DNA of 64,000 nucleotides from Candidatus Bathyarchaeia archaeon. Its GTDB lineage: Archaea; Thermoproteota; Bathyarchaeia; Bathyarchaeales; Bathycorpusculaceae. Positions 37,366 through 46,735 of the stretch are shown one piece after another (the first letter of the stretch is position 1; the number at the start of each line of letters is the position of its first letter). The position numbers were made by a program, and so were the translations under genes. Under the pieces are notes generated by a model, which was not told the origin of the DNA, ran no database searches, and saw only the letters and a program-made list of their open reading frames with translations. The stretch covers positions 731-64,730 of the forward strand of contig JAVZOA010000001.1 in NCBI GenBank assembly GCA_038882535.1, in the 5' to 3' direction.

Positions 37366-38373
37366 TTAGAAGATTCCTCCAACGTCTTCAAAGAACCATG
37401 ATTTCAAGGTGAACTCGGTTCGGTAAATGAAGGGTTTAACATCCACACGGTCAGCGTCTCGAAAACTAACAACATCCAAATATGTTATGCCATTAACCGT
37501 GACTGTGCAATTACAAAAGTCACAATATATCACGGCTGCTGTAGAGCCGTTGCTCGGGTTGGTTGTCCTTGCCAGAAGCCAGCAGTAGCCATTATCATCA
37601 ATGTAGTTTGCTATGTTCTCTGTTAATGTTATGGTTAACGTCTCATCCGTCTCGTCTGTCCCGGATTGAGCATTTTGCCACTGTTGAGCCGCATGGTTCC
37701 AAACTTTTATGGTTACGCCGTTTCCGCCAGAAGCAGTGCCGTAACCTTCAAAGGCTAAAACAATTTTCTTAACGGTTTTCTCTTTGCTTTCAATTTTGAA
37801 ACGGAAAAGCATGAGAGCATACTCGCCGTTTACACCGGTGCTTTTAGAATATCGTTGGTCATCGCTATACCAGATTTTGGAATAATCATCTGCGGTTAGC
37901 TCTATCCAACCGGCAGCTGCAGGAGACGGCTCGCTTGAAGCTCCGCCATGAAAAGCCTTATGCGGGTCACCTTCCGGATAGCCCAAGCCAACATAATCAT
38001 ATTCTGTAATGTTTGGGCGATTGCGGTTCTGATGAACTATCCGATTGACTTCCTCAACAATTTTCTGACGCATCAGCCTTCCAGAATCTACAACGTTAGG
38101 CTTGTCTATCGCCCAGACATTTACTCTTAAATTGGCTATTCTTCGACGTATCCGCCCAGATATTTCCACTTTTGAGTCGCGGCTTTCAGCCAAGCCAACA
38201 GTTATTTGCCCATCAACATTTTTGAAAAGCTCACGGTCCAGCCACTCTCTACTGACAGCAATTTTTGCTAAGCTGCCATCTTCCTTTACGACACGCATGT
38301 TTTTGCCTAAAAGGCGGACGACCGTGTCAACAGGATTTTCCATTTCACTCATTGACTGATAAGCCTCCGACAA
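37366..38373 (-). CDS. putative neck/tail-terminator protein with C-terminal beta-sandwich (CBM/Ig-like) domain
   Basis: 335 aa between the adaptor and tube genes. The C-terminal half (VLAFEGYGTASGGNGVTIKVWNH...) looks like a display or sugar-binding domain. The call rests on position. Confidence 0.35.
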   Translation of the reverse strand: MSEAYQSMSEMENPVDTVVRLLGKNMRVVKEDGSLAKIAVSREWLDRELFKNVDGQITVGLAESRDSKVEISGRIRRRIANLRVNVWAIDKPNVVDSGRLMRQKIVEEVNRIVHQNRNRPNITEYDYVGLGYPEGDPHKAFHGGASSEPSPAAAGWIELTADDYSKIWYSDDQRYSKSTGVNGEYALMLFRFKIESKEKTVKKIVLAFEGYGTASGGNGVTIKVWNHAAQQWQNAQSGTDETDETLTITLTENIANYIDDNGYCWLLARTTNPSNGSTAAVIYCDFCNCTVTVNGITYLDVVSFRDADRVDVKPFIYRTEFTLKSWFFEDVGGIF

Positions 38374-39749
38374 ACACTCTTGTAGTAGGCTGGCTCACCG
38401 TTCAAATCGTAACGCTGCACAGTTAAAACCTCATAATCCACGCCTGCACGCCTAACCTTATCTCGGACACGGAGGGGCAGAAACGTGTAAACCGTAATGT
38501 GGTCTGTTAAAACATAGCCTGGTTCAATAACTATTTCTCCAGCCAAGCCCAAAGTGACTTGTCCCTTCATGGTTAAAGGCTCGCCGTAACTCACTTTTTC
38601 TTCGGCTTCTCGGACAGAGTATAAAGTTAAGGTTTCACCTTGCAAATCCAATATGCGTGTAAAATCTGTAACTGGGTCTTGATAGTTGAGGAAAAATTGG
38701 GCGAGCCATGAAACGGTAACCGTGCTCCACTTATTCTCTATTGGGGTGTAATCGTCAAATTTTAGTCCCCAAAACATGAAGTCTTCAGCATGTTTCTCGA
38801 TAACTTTCATGCTTAATGCGAGGCTTGGCTTGTCATATACAGCTCTAATTCGCCATAGGATTCCAGCAGTTACGCCGTCATAGAAAGAGCAAGCTGGAAA
38901 ACGGGTTATAACATCTATGTAGCCAGCCCAACAGATGGCTGGGTTATAAGCTGGATATTGGGCGGAAGCCTTAATCGTGTTTACAAAATTATAGACTTGC
39001 TGGCAAGTTTTGCTCCAGCCCTCATACTTATACAAGCCAAGCAAGGCATAAGCGATATTGTCATCGTAAACCTCATTTTCAGACAAGCCTATTCTATGCC
39101 ATTCGCCGTCTGAAGGGTCAAACCAAAGCCAAAGGTTTTCCAAGCCTTCCCGCAGGAAACTGACAGCTTTACTCATCATATTTTGGTAGGTGCTTGCGTT
39201 TGCAGCATCATAGGTTTCAGCCAGCATTTTCAAGCCTATAAGCCCATAGAGACAGTCAACGTCAAGCTGTAAACTCCAATTATTGTTAATGTCAACAGCC
39301 CTTGCAAAGCCACCGTAATTGGGCTGTTGGTCCTGCATGTTTTTAAGGAAGGTTTTGCCGGCAAGTTTAGTAGCGTTCAAATAATAATTATTGCTTGTCA
39401 GCTCGTAAGCTTTGAGAAGGGCTGGGATAACACGGCAGGCGTCAATACTCCAATACTGTGTGCTGTTTTCGCTGCTTTTGAAGCCGCCGTAAGCCTTCTT
39501 ATTCGAGTCTGTGCACTGTTGGGTTAGAATCCAGTCGGCAAGGCTTACAACCTTATTATAGATGGCTGTTTTGCGGTCGCTGAACTGCTCAGCATTATAA
39601 GCTTGGCACAGAAAGTCTAAAGCGAAGGCTGCCGCCATAACCGCCCTTTCATTTGGGCTTGGACCAGAGCCTGGAACCACATAAGGGTATGGCGCATAAT
39701 CCATTATGAAGTTGTAATAGGCTTCGGGAACATGCACTTTTAAAATCAC
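38349..39749 (-). CDS. alpha/alpha-toroid domain fused to a head-tail adaptor domain
   Basis: N-terminal ~350 aa have repeated helical hairpins with WILTQQ...AYGGF and MQDQQPNYGGF (prenyltransferase/terpene-cyclase-like Q..GGF repeats). The C-terminal ~100 aa (RVRDKVRRAGVDYEVLTVQRYDLNGEPAYYKSVC) resemble HK97 gp9-type adaptors. Confidence 0.5.
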   Translation of the reverse strand: MILKVHVPEAYYNFIMDYAPYPYVVPGSGPSPNERAVMAAAFALDFLCQAYNAEQFSDRKTAIYNKVVSLADWILTQQCTDSNKKAYGGFKSSENSTQYWSIDACRVIPALLKAYELTSNNYYLNATKLAGKTFLKNMQDQQPNYGGFARAVDINNNWSLQLDVDCLYGLIGLKMLAETYDAANASTYQNMMSKAVSFLREGLENLWLWFDPSDGEWHRIGLSENEVYDDNIAYALLGLYKYEGWSKTCQQVYNFVNTIKASAQYPAYNPAICWAGYIDVITRFPACSFYDGVTAGILWRIRAVYDKPSLALSMKVIEKHAEDFMFWGLKFDDYTPIENKWSTVTVSWLAQFFLNYQDPVTDFTRILDLQGETLTLYSVREAEEKVSYGEPLTMKGQVTLGLAGEIVIEPGYVLTDHITVYTFLPLRVRDKVRRAGVDYEVLTVQRYDLNGEPAYYKSVCRRLISQ

Positions 39750-39819
39750 CTTCCAGTTCCAGCGACTTTTCTGCGTGCAACCTTTCTTCTAACGCGGTTA
39801 AGCCTGCTTTCTCCCATGC

Positions 39820-40308
39820 TCATGGGTTAATTATCCCACCTCGATAAGTTGGAACTTCATCTTTCGTTGATGCTTCTGCAGCCACAACAGGCTTTGCAAA
39901 ATTAGCCATAGCCCTTAACAAGTCGTTACGTAATCCTTCAACAGTCTTTTCAAAGGCTAAACGCCCAATGCTTGCCCTTGTAACGTACAAGTCTCCCAGC
40001 CTATAATCGAAAGCCCCTGTTAACATTCCACCGCTGGCAGCCACCAGGACACGGAGACAAGCCAAATTAACAGCCACAAGCTTCGCCCAGCCATAACGCG
40101 GGTCACTTTCGTCTAAATCCATGCCTACAATGGCGTTAGCGTAAATGTTCGCATAATCTACATGAGCCTGAAAGCTGGCTTCGGCGACTGGCAAACCGTA
40201 AACCGTGTAAACATGGTTTGCACTATCGTAAGACGCGTTTAAAGCAGCAACAACATCTGAAATTGACACATATTGTATAGTCAAATCTAACCAACCTAAC
40301 TTCAGCAA
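39820..40308 (-). CDS. putative head-tail connector (gp6-like)
   Basis: 162-aa helical protein between the capsid and adaptor genes. The call rests on position. Confidence 0.4.
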   Translation of the reverse strand: MLKLGWLDLTIQYVSISDVVAALNASYDSANHVYTVYGLPVAEASFQAHVDYANIYANAIVGMDLDESDPRYGWAKLVAVNLACLRVLVAASGGMLTGAFDYRLGDLYVTRASIGRLAFEKTVEGLRNDLLRAMANFAKPVVAAEASTKDEVPTYRGGIINP

Positions 40309-40330
40309 AATCTATGTAGGACGCTGGGCT

Positions 40331-40624
40331 TTAACGAGCGGAGTCAATGAGTTTCTGAAGCCAAACAGTTATGGCTGTTGGGCCTGCAAGAGCTGTGTAA
40401 ACATCGAAAGTCATTCCAGCCATGTCCAAACCTAAAGCGCTGAAAGCGGCTATCGCAACTGTCCTTAGAAACTTTTTCCAGTCAAAAGGCTTGTCTTGTG
40501 CAGAGTAGCCCAACATAGCGTAGATTATGCCCGCCCCTATTCCCAACAACACATGCAATATGTTCATGCTTCTTTCACTTTGTTTTACAGTTTTGTTCCG
40601 CCAGCCACGCATGTTGGCTGGCAA
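40331..40624 (-). CDS. small membrane protein (2-3 TM)
   Basis: Hydrophobic segments ILHVLLGIGAGIIYAMLGY, VAIAAFSALGLDMAGM and ALAGPTAITVWL. Confidence 0.45.
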   Translation of the reverse strand: MPANMRGWRNKTVKQSERSMNILHVLLGIGAGIIYAMLGYSAQDKPFDWKKFLRTVAIAAFSALGLDMAGMTFDVYTALAGPTAITVWLQKLIDSAR

Positions 40625-40668
40625 TGGAACAGAAAAACGACGGAAAATGGGTAAAGGCTATTATCCGT

Positions 40669-41562
40669 TTAGCTTGTGCTCAGGCCTGTAACCTTGACGA
40701 TGGCTTCTCCACAAGTGACTACTGGTGCATACCTCGTTGTTAAAGTAACATCAACAGCGTCAACATCCTTTTTGATTTCAACGTCTGTTGTTAAAGGTCT
40801 CTTGATGACGAAAAATCCGAGAGGTGCGTAAGCCGCTGACACGTTTTGTCCAGTGCTGAGGATGTAGGCTTTGCCTGCGTCTACCACTGGGCTTACGTAA
40901 ACGTTCATGCCGTAAATTGTGCCAATCGCCCCTGTTTGGATGACTTCCTCGCCGTAGTAGGCGTATAAGCTGAACTGTGGCAGGTAGTAGACGTCTCTCG
41001 CGTTTATCGGGTTAAGCAGTATCGTGTCCGGTATGAAGCTGTAGCCTTCAATTGTTGCTTTTGCCTTTAGAATGTCTTTTGTTCCAAGTCCGCCTGAAAT
41101 GGTGAACTCTGTGCCTGTGGCTGAAAGGCTTGTTCCAGTAGCCGTGATGGAATTGGCAGCTGCTTGATCTATGACTGTTAGGCAGTCTTTGTCGATGGTA
41201 TAGGCCATTCTTCGGGCAAGCCTTCGCAGTTGCTGCTCTATTACTGGGATGTAAAGGTCTTCAATCATTTCTCTGGTTACTCTTTCCCTCAAGCCCTTCT
41301 TGTAAGGAGTGACTGTGACGGTTCCCAGAGGCGTGAAGTCCATTGGAATTTCGCTTCCTTCCGCTATTTCGGTGATGGCGGCTGATCGGCTGCCAACTTC
41401 TTTGGCAAATGTTGCTGTTTTACCCGCCACTAACGGAAACTCTGGAAACAGCCTTTTCACGACAAGGGCTGGCATTGTCAACTCGATTATTTTCTTGTGC
41501 AAAGCTGGATAGGCTATCGCGCCGGTGTCAACCCATGTGAAGGCATCTCTAAACATGGCCAT
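40669..41562 (-). CDS. major capsid protein (HK97 fold predicted)
   Basis: 297 aa downstream of the protease-scaffold and decoration genes. Sequence character and position are typical of HK97-type MCPs. Confidence 0.7.
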   Translation of the reverse strand: MAMFRDAFTWVDTGAIAYPALHKKIIELTMPALVVKRLFPEFPLVAGKTATFAKEVGSRSAAITEIAEGSEIPMDFTPLGTVTVTPYKKGLRERVTREMIEDLYIPVIEQQLRRLARRMAYTIDKDCLTVIDQAAANSITATGTSLSATGTEFTISGGLGTKDILKAKATIEGYSFIPDTILLNPINARDVYYLPQFSLYAYYGEEVIQTGAIGTIYGMNVYVSPVVDAGKAYILSTGQNVSAAYAPLGFFVIKRPLTTDVEIKKDVDAVDVTLTTRYAPVVTCGEAIVKVTGLSTS

Positions 41563-41576
41563 ACGGTTTCACCTCT

Positions 41577-41969
41577 CTAATACACGTGCGGGTTCAAAGC
41601 AACAAGTATCACTTGACCAGCGGCTGTTGCAGCTTCGAGTGCGAAACCAACAGCCTTGTTGCCAGCAGTAGCTACAGAAACAACGTTACCGCCTGTGCCT
41701 GCGCCTACAGCGGCTCCAACGGATATGGCGCCGCCGGATGTTGCATAAACTATTGGGCAGCCAACAACAACTGGGACTTTTTGGCCTAAAGAGGCTGAAG
41801 CTGCAGCTATGCCTACAACGGCGTCTGTTGCAGCTGAAGCTGGCTGAACAGTCATGCTGTCGGTTATTTTGACGACTTGCCCCTTTGTTATGTTGGCGCC
41901 TGCGGTAAAATTGACTATGTGGCCGGCATCGGCGAAAATGTTTCCTGCTACACGAGCCTCAAACGACAT
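41577..41969 (-). CDS. DUF2190-like head decoration/cement protein
   Basis: 130-aa Gly/Ala/Val-rich protein (GQVVKITD...DAVVGIAA...GQKVPVVVGCPIV...VGFALEAA...VILVAL) immediately upstream of the MCP gene. Confidence 0.55.
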   Translation of the reverse strand: MSFEARVAGNIFADAGHIVNFTAGANITKGQVVKITDSMTVQPASAATDAVVGIAAASASLGQKVPVVVGCPIVYATSGGAISVGAAVGAGTGGNVVSVATAGNKAVGFALEAATAAGQVILVALNPHVY

Positions 41970-41988
41970 AAAAAAGTTAGTCCTCCTT

Positions 41989-43107
41989 TTACTTAAAGCC
42001 TACAAGTTTGCTGTGGGCTTTAAGCAGGTCTTTAAACCAGTCGTAGTTGGCGAAAACGTCTTGCTGGACAACGTCAACGGCAACGATGCCTTTGCCAGCA
42101 ACCCTCTTTGCTTCTTCAGTCTTTTTAGCCTCACTTACTGGAGTTGGCGCTTTAGCCTCTTCTGCCTCTTCTGCTTCTTCACCTTTCTTTTTAGCTAATT
42201 CAGCCAGCTTCTTTCCGGCTTCTGAACCCTCAATAGACCTTTTAACAGACTCAAGCTCAGCTGAAAGTCTTTTAATTTGATCAGACAGCTGCTCCAACTT
42301 CTTTGAGAAGTCTTCATATTCCACTTGTTTAGGTGCCTGCTCGCCTGGAGCCACATTTACAATGGCTTGAGCCACTTGCGGAGAAGCCTCCTTTTTGGCG
42401 TCCAATTCGGACATGGGAGACTTCACCTCGCTTTTTGGGACAACCGTTTTTGTTTCAGGAGTTTGCAAGCCTCTGGGGGCTTTAACTCCCACATTATCAT
42501 CTCGGTTAAGAGATGACCGTGAAAGGTTGCTTTCTAAAACATTGTTTTTGACAAGGGTTTCAATTATAGCGCTCCATTGCGCATCGTTCATGGCTGCATA
42601 GAAGCCAACTGGCTGGAACTCTGTGTTTTCATAGGCTGGGCTTGCCACTATGCTTAGTTCTCGGACACGTGGCTTATGGACTACTTCCCATGCGCCTGGA
42701 CATAGGTGGATAAGCTGTCCTTCACGGCGTGTAGACCTCTTACATTTGCTGCATTCAACCTCGTCGCTGTCAACTTGAATGCTCACGTAGCGTACATAAT
42801 CACGGATAATTTTCTCTATGAGTTTTTCGTCGCCTACTTCAGCACGGAAAAACACTCGGTCTCCGTCAAGCCAAGCGTCAACAACTTTGCCGACAACCAT
42901 TAATGCGCTTTCAGCGTGGTCAACGCGGAGCTGTGCGCCTTTTAGGGTTTCAACGATGTATTGGAGGTCTTCGCGGGGAACTTGCCACTTGTTTTTGTTG
43001 ACGCTTGTGTCTATTGCTACGCCTTCAATGTTGATGAGCTTCTCTTTCAGGGCATATTCTGCTTTTTTGTCCTCAGCCTTGAACTGGACATAATATCTTA
43101 GTTGCAT
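41989..43107 (-). CDS. prohead protease fused to scaffolding domain
   Basis: N-terminal HK97-type protease-like region, a Cys/His insert (CSKCKRS...HLCPG), then a long charged coiled coil (EEAEEAEEAKAP...). Lies upstream of the MCP gene. Confidence 0.6.
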   Translation of the reverse strand: MQLRYYVQFKAEDKKAEYALKEKLINIEGVAIDTSVNKNKWQVPREDLQYIVETLKGAQLRVDHAESALMVVGKVVDAWLDGDRVFFRAEVGDEKLIEKIIRDYVRYVSIQVDSDEVECSKCKRSTRREGQLIHLCPGAWEVVHKPRVRELSIVASPAYENTEFQPVGFYAAMNDAQWSAIIETLVKNNVLESNLSRSSLNRDDNVGVKAPRGLQTPETKTVVPKSEVKSPMSELDAKKEASPQVAQAIVNVAPGEQAPKQVEYEDFSKKLEQLSDQIKRLSAELESVKRSIEGSEAGKKLAELAKKKGEEAEEAEEAKAPTPVSEAKKTEEAKRVAGKGIVAVDVVQQDVFANYDWFKDLLKAHSKLVGFK

Positions 43108-43119
43108 GGTTCCCGAGCC

Positions 43120-43434
43120 TTAAAACTGTAAGTTTGCAACTTCTAAGAAGGCCCTTAAAACGCGTCTGCGATACTCGTTCCAAGCCTTATAGTCAAGCAT
43201 GCTCTTAACTTCTTTGCGTAAATGCTGTTCAAGCCATTTGCGGGCTTTCTCTTTGGTTTTGAAAACCTTCTTTTCAAGCATGTAGTTTTGGATTTCCCAG
43301 CGGTCTGTTCCCTTAACGCGACCCAAAGTGATCTTTACGCCTTTTCCGAGTTCTTTGACACGGAATTTGTCGAATTTTTCTGGGTCTTGAATGCGGTAGC
43401 GCCAAACAGTTTCGCCTTCCTCAAGTCCTGGCAA
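43120..43434 (-). CDS. hypothetical protein
   Basis: 104-aa basic ORF in the head module. Confidence 0.45.
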   Translation of the reverse strand: MPGLEEGETVWRYRIQDPEKFDKFRVKELGKGVKITLGRVKGTDRWEIQNYMLEKKVFKTKEKARKWLEQHLRKEVKSMLDYKAWNEYRRRVLRAFLEVANLQF

Positions 43435-43438
43435 ATGG

Positions 43439-43696
43439 TTACACCTCTTCCCGGTTAACGTCTACAAGTTCAAGCCAGCAGCGGCAGTTGAGATGCACAT
43501 TCGCCCTCCAACTATCCAGCTCTTCATCCCAAATTTCGGCATAAGGAAAATAACGCGTCAAATCTTCACCTTCTTCACACACAAACTCGTGATTTTCAAG
43601 GCTGGCGCACTCATCGCAAACTTTCTCATCTGCTTGTGTGCGGAATGCATAAATGCGCTGTTCGCCGTGTCTTGGAAGACCCCAGAAAGCTGTCAT
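43439..43696 (-). CDS. head morphogenesis protein, Mu gpF/SPP1 gp7-like C-terminal domain only
   Basis: ADEKVCDECASLENHEF ... NVHLNCRCWLE matches the conserved D..vC..C ... H.nCRC motif of that family. Directly after the portal gene. Confidence 0.55.
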   Translation of the reverse strand: MTAFWGLPRHGEQRIYAFRTQADEKVCDECASLENHEFVCEEGEDLTRYFPYAEIWDEELDSWRANVHLNCRCWLELVDVNREEV

Positions 43697-45036
43697 GGTT
43701 TAATGCCGTTCCGCCTTAAAACGGCTTGAAGCTCTTCTGGTGTTGATATTGGATATTCTTCCGGGAAGCCTAATTGCATCCTCGCTTCCTTGGGTAAAAT
43801 AATGCCTTTGTCAACAAGTTCGCCGAGCACTTTAGCCTTGTCTTGGAACGACGGTTCCCAGATAGGTTTCCATTTTATATGTGGGATTTCTACGCCTTCG
43901 CCGAACTCGGCTTTGACAAGCTCTCTGAACAAGACTGTTTCAAGCTGATCGCCTATAATCTCCTGCATCATGCGCAAACGTGTAACGTATTCCTGCATTA
44001 CAACTTCCGCAGTCGCCCTGTTTGTCCCTTCGCTTTTTCCCATGAAGATTTTAGGCACGCCTAAAACGGCTTCACGTTGCGTGTAAAGGTAATCCAGCCA
44101 CCAAGTAATGTTCACATCTTTCGTAAGGCTTGGAACGACTTCAACTTCTACGTCACCCCTCACAAATACGTCGGTGGCTGGCCTGCGATCTCTAAAAGCT
44201 TCGACAAGCTCGGCTAACTGCTGATCGCTAAAGGGTCTTTCAGGCGTTCCGGCCCTAACAACAAGCATAGGCTTGGCGTAGGTGTGCACGATTATAGCCA
44301 TGTCTTCTTCAAGCTGGTCGATTAGGGCTTGAATTTTTAAGAGTGGGCGGAGAAGGCTCGTTCCGTAGCTATATTCATACCACCAGCTTTTGGCTCCCCA
44401 TTTGAAATGGACAATCTCATTTGATGCGAAAACTACCGGCGGGAAAGTTAGCAGCTGTATATAGCCTAAAACTTGCCCGTAAGCGTCTCGGCGGACACGC
44501 ATATGAACCGGGTCTAAAGGTTTAAGCCATGTTATCCTGCCCGTCTCCTCTCGGCACATTTCTAAATATGCGTTTCCAAAAACAAGCATGTCCGTGGCGA
44601 TTATGCGGAGTGTTTGGAGGATATCCTGTTCGTCAAGCCAATTTGTAAGCCATTGGCGGACGCTGTCTTCTCCGCCTTCAAGTTCAAAACCGTTTGAAAT
44701 AGCCAAGTTTACTGTAACGTCTATGGCAGCCTTAATGTATGGTGTGAAGTTATAGAGATCCTTGTACTTTGGCAGATCTTCTATTGGCTGGGCTCCCCAG
44801 AGGCGCTCCCAAAAAGCTGTATAAGGTGGAACAACAAAGCCCGCGCCGCTGCCTTTCAAATAGTATTTTTGCACGAAGCCCCACAATACATTGTCAGCTT
44901 TCCAACCGAGAGGAATTTCCTCTTCAATCTGTCTTTTGCTAATTTGTGGCGGATAAACACGCTGGGCAATAAAGTTGCCAATAGCCTTCCTAAGTGAATC
45001 AAAGCCCTTTCGAATTTTCTTGGCGGCAAAACTCAT
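43693..45036 (-). CDS. portal protein
   Basis: 447 aa, immediately downstream of TerL and upstream of the MuF-like gene. Size and order are canonical. Confidence 0.7.
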   Translation of the reverse strand: MSFAAKKIRKGFDSLRKAIGNFIAQRVYPPQISKRQIEEEIPLGWKADNVLWGFVQKYYLKGSGAGFVVPPYTAFWERLWGAQPIEDLPKYKDLYNFTPYIKAAIDVTVNLAISNGFELEGGEDSVRQWLTNWLDEQDILQTLRIIATDMLVFGNAYLEMCREETGRITWLKPLDPVHMRVRRDAYGQVLGYIQLLTFPPVVFASNEIVHFKWGAKSWWYEYSYGTSLLRPLLKIQALIDQLEEDMAIIVHTYAKPMLVVRAGTPERPFSDQQLAELVEAFRDRRPATDVFVRGDVEVEVVPSLTKDVNITWWLDYLYTQREAVLGVPKIFMGKSEGTNRATAEVVMQEYVTRLRMMQEIIGDQLETVLFRELVKAEFGEGVEIPHIKWKPIWEPSFQDKAKVLGELVDKGIILPKEARMQLGFPEEYPISTPEELQAVLRRNGIKP

Positions 45037-45039
45037 AAC

Positions 45040-46428
45040 TTAATCACTTTGATGAGGAATTAAAACGACACCTTTTCCAGAAGGCGGGACGGCTTTTGTA
45101 GCGTAAACTGCAAGGGCTAAAGCCCACAGCCTGTCGTCATGTGTACCCTCTGGGTGGCTGAACTGGATTTGCCCGCTTTTCAAAACTTCATATTTTTCCA
45201 CGTTTATTTCTGCAATTAAGTCGCGGTCGTATGGAATTTTCAGCTTTCCAGCCTGCATTTGCTGGCGTAAAAAGCCTAAAATATCCTGTTTTGTTGGAAT
45301 TGTCAGCGTTATGCCAGTTGTGTTGGCTATTCCGCTTTTTATCATATCTTCAACGATGTATTCGCCGACGCCTGTTTGATCCGCGTAAACGCCGAGTATG
45401 GTGTGCCACCTATCCCAGAGGCTTTTAATGTATCCTATCACGCTCACGTATGGAGTGCCAAGCGGAAAGGTCTGCCAATCCGTTATGTGCACAAGTTTAA
45501 GCATGTCGCCTTCTCTCTGCACAACAGCTACGGCGCTGTAATCCTGTTTTTTGCCAAAGTCCACGCCTATGTAAAATTCGCCTTCAGGCGTATCGTGAAA
45601 GTCATAATAGTCCAGTTCGCCGTCAATACATTGGGTTATCAGAGACAATGGGAAATAGCTGCTTTCGTCTTCAACCCAGACAGCTTCCATTTCACGTTGC
45701 CAACGCCAGGGATCCGCACTGTACTGCAGACGGATTTCTTCAAGCATTTCTCGTTTTAACGGTCCACTGGGCTCGACGGCTTCCCGCCATGTTATGTGGT
45801 GTTTGGCGTATTTTTCAAAGGCTTTGTCGTTGAAGATTTTCCAGAAGAGGCTGTCGTTGCTGCCCGGCGTGCTGCTGCAGATAAATTTGCCGGCGGTTGT
45901 GCCAAGCGTGAAGAGTATGGCGTCATATAGGTCGGCGTCGTTAGGTATGAAGTTCATTTCGTCGCAGTATATCACGTGGAAAGTGAAGCCCCTAATGGTT
46001 TCTGGGTTGTTTGGAAAAGCCTCAATAACGCTTCCGTTTTTTAGGGAAACCTTAGTTTTTTGCGGTTTGTTGTAAACGTGTTTTGGCAGCCTTGTTAAAA
46101 AGGCGTTTATTACGCTGATTATCTTTTTAGTCTGCCTCCAAGATGGACCGACAACGGCTATGTGAATATTTGGGTTACGTAGTGCATACCAGAGGAGCAT
46201 GGCGCTGACAATATGGGTTTTTCCACTTTGGCGGCACCATCGCAGGGCAATCCAACGGTTTTCTTTGAAAGAAGCGATGAACTGTTGTTGATAAAGGGTT
46301 GGCGTAAACCCCAAAATTTTGTGGCAAAAAATGTTTGGATCTTCTGGAATTTCGATCTTTGTTTGCTCTTGGTCAAGTGACTGGAGTTCCTGTTCCAGCT
46401 TGTCCAACTCGCTTTTTAGCCGCTTCAA
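45040..46428 (-). CDS. terminase large subunit
   Basis: Walker A-like CRQSGKTH, Walker B-like HVIYCDEMNF, and a C-terminal RNase H-like nuclease region (IGVDFGKKQDYSAVAV ... HDDRLWALALA). Confidence 0.85.
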   Translation of the reverse strand: MKRLKSELDKLEQELQSLDQEQTKIEIPEDPNIFCHKILGFTPTLYQQQFIASFKENRWIALRWCRQSGKTHIVSAMLLWYALRNPNIHIAVVGPSWRQTKKIISVINAFLTRLPKHVYNKPQKTKVSLKNGSVIEAFPNNPETIRGFTFHVIYCDEMNFIPNDADLYDAILFTLGTTAGKFICSSTPGSNDSLFWKIFNDKAFEKYAKHHITWREAVEPSGPLKREMLEEIRLQYSADPWRWQREMEAVWVEDESSYFPLSLITQCIDGELDYYDFHDTPEGEFYIGVDFGKKQDYSAVAVVQREGDMLKLVHITDWQTFPLGTPYVSVIGYIKSLWDRWHTILGVYADQTGVGEYIVEDMIKSGIANTTGITLTIPTKQDILGFLRQQMQAGKLKIPYDRDLIAEINVEKYEVLKSGQIQFSHPEGTHDDRLWALALAVYATKAVPPSGKGVVLIPHQSD

Positions 46429-46702
46429 TAAGTTCCCTCAATCTTCTCAACTGCTCGTTTAAGCGGACTTCGTCGTAGCTGCTGGCAAGACTGTTTATCA
46501 CCTGAGCTATGTAACCAGCCACTTTCACCCAGTCCTCAGAGTTTACCGTGTGCTCTGACTCAGAAATCCTTGAAACTCTATCAAACATTCTCTCCAACTG
46601 CGCGATAAGTTTAACACGCAAATCCTGAGTTTTTAATTCACAGATTTTTTGAGCGCTATTAAGCAGTTTTTCAATCGCATTTATGCGCTTAATTCTCGCC
46701 AA
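46373..46702 (-). CDS. hypothetical helical protein (position compatible with small terminase)
   Basis: 109 aa. Overlaps the TerL start by 56 nt. No recognised motif. Confidence 0.35.
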   Translation of the reverse strand: MARIKRINAIEKLLNSAQKICELKTQDLRVKLIAQLERMFDRVSRISESEHTVNSEDWVKVAGYIAQVINSLASSYDEVRLNEQLRRLRELIEAAKKRVGQAGTGTPVT

Positions 46703-46735
46703 TACAGACCTACCCCTCCCCCTCTCCGCAATATT

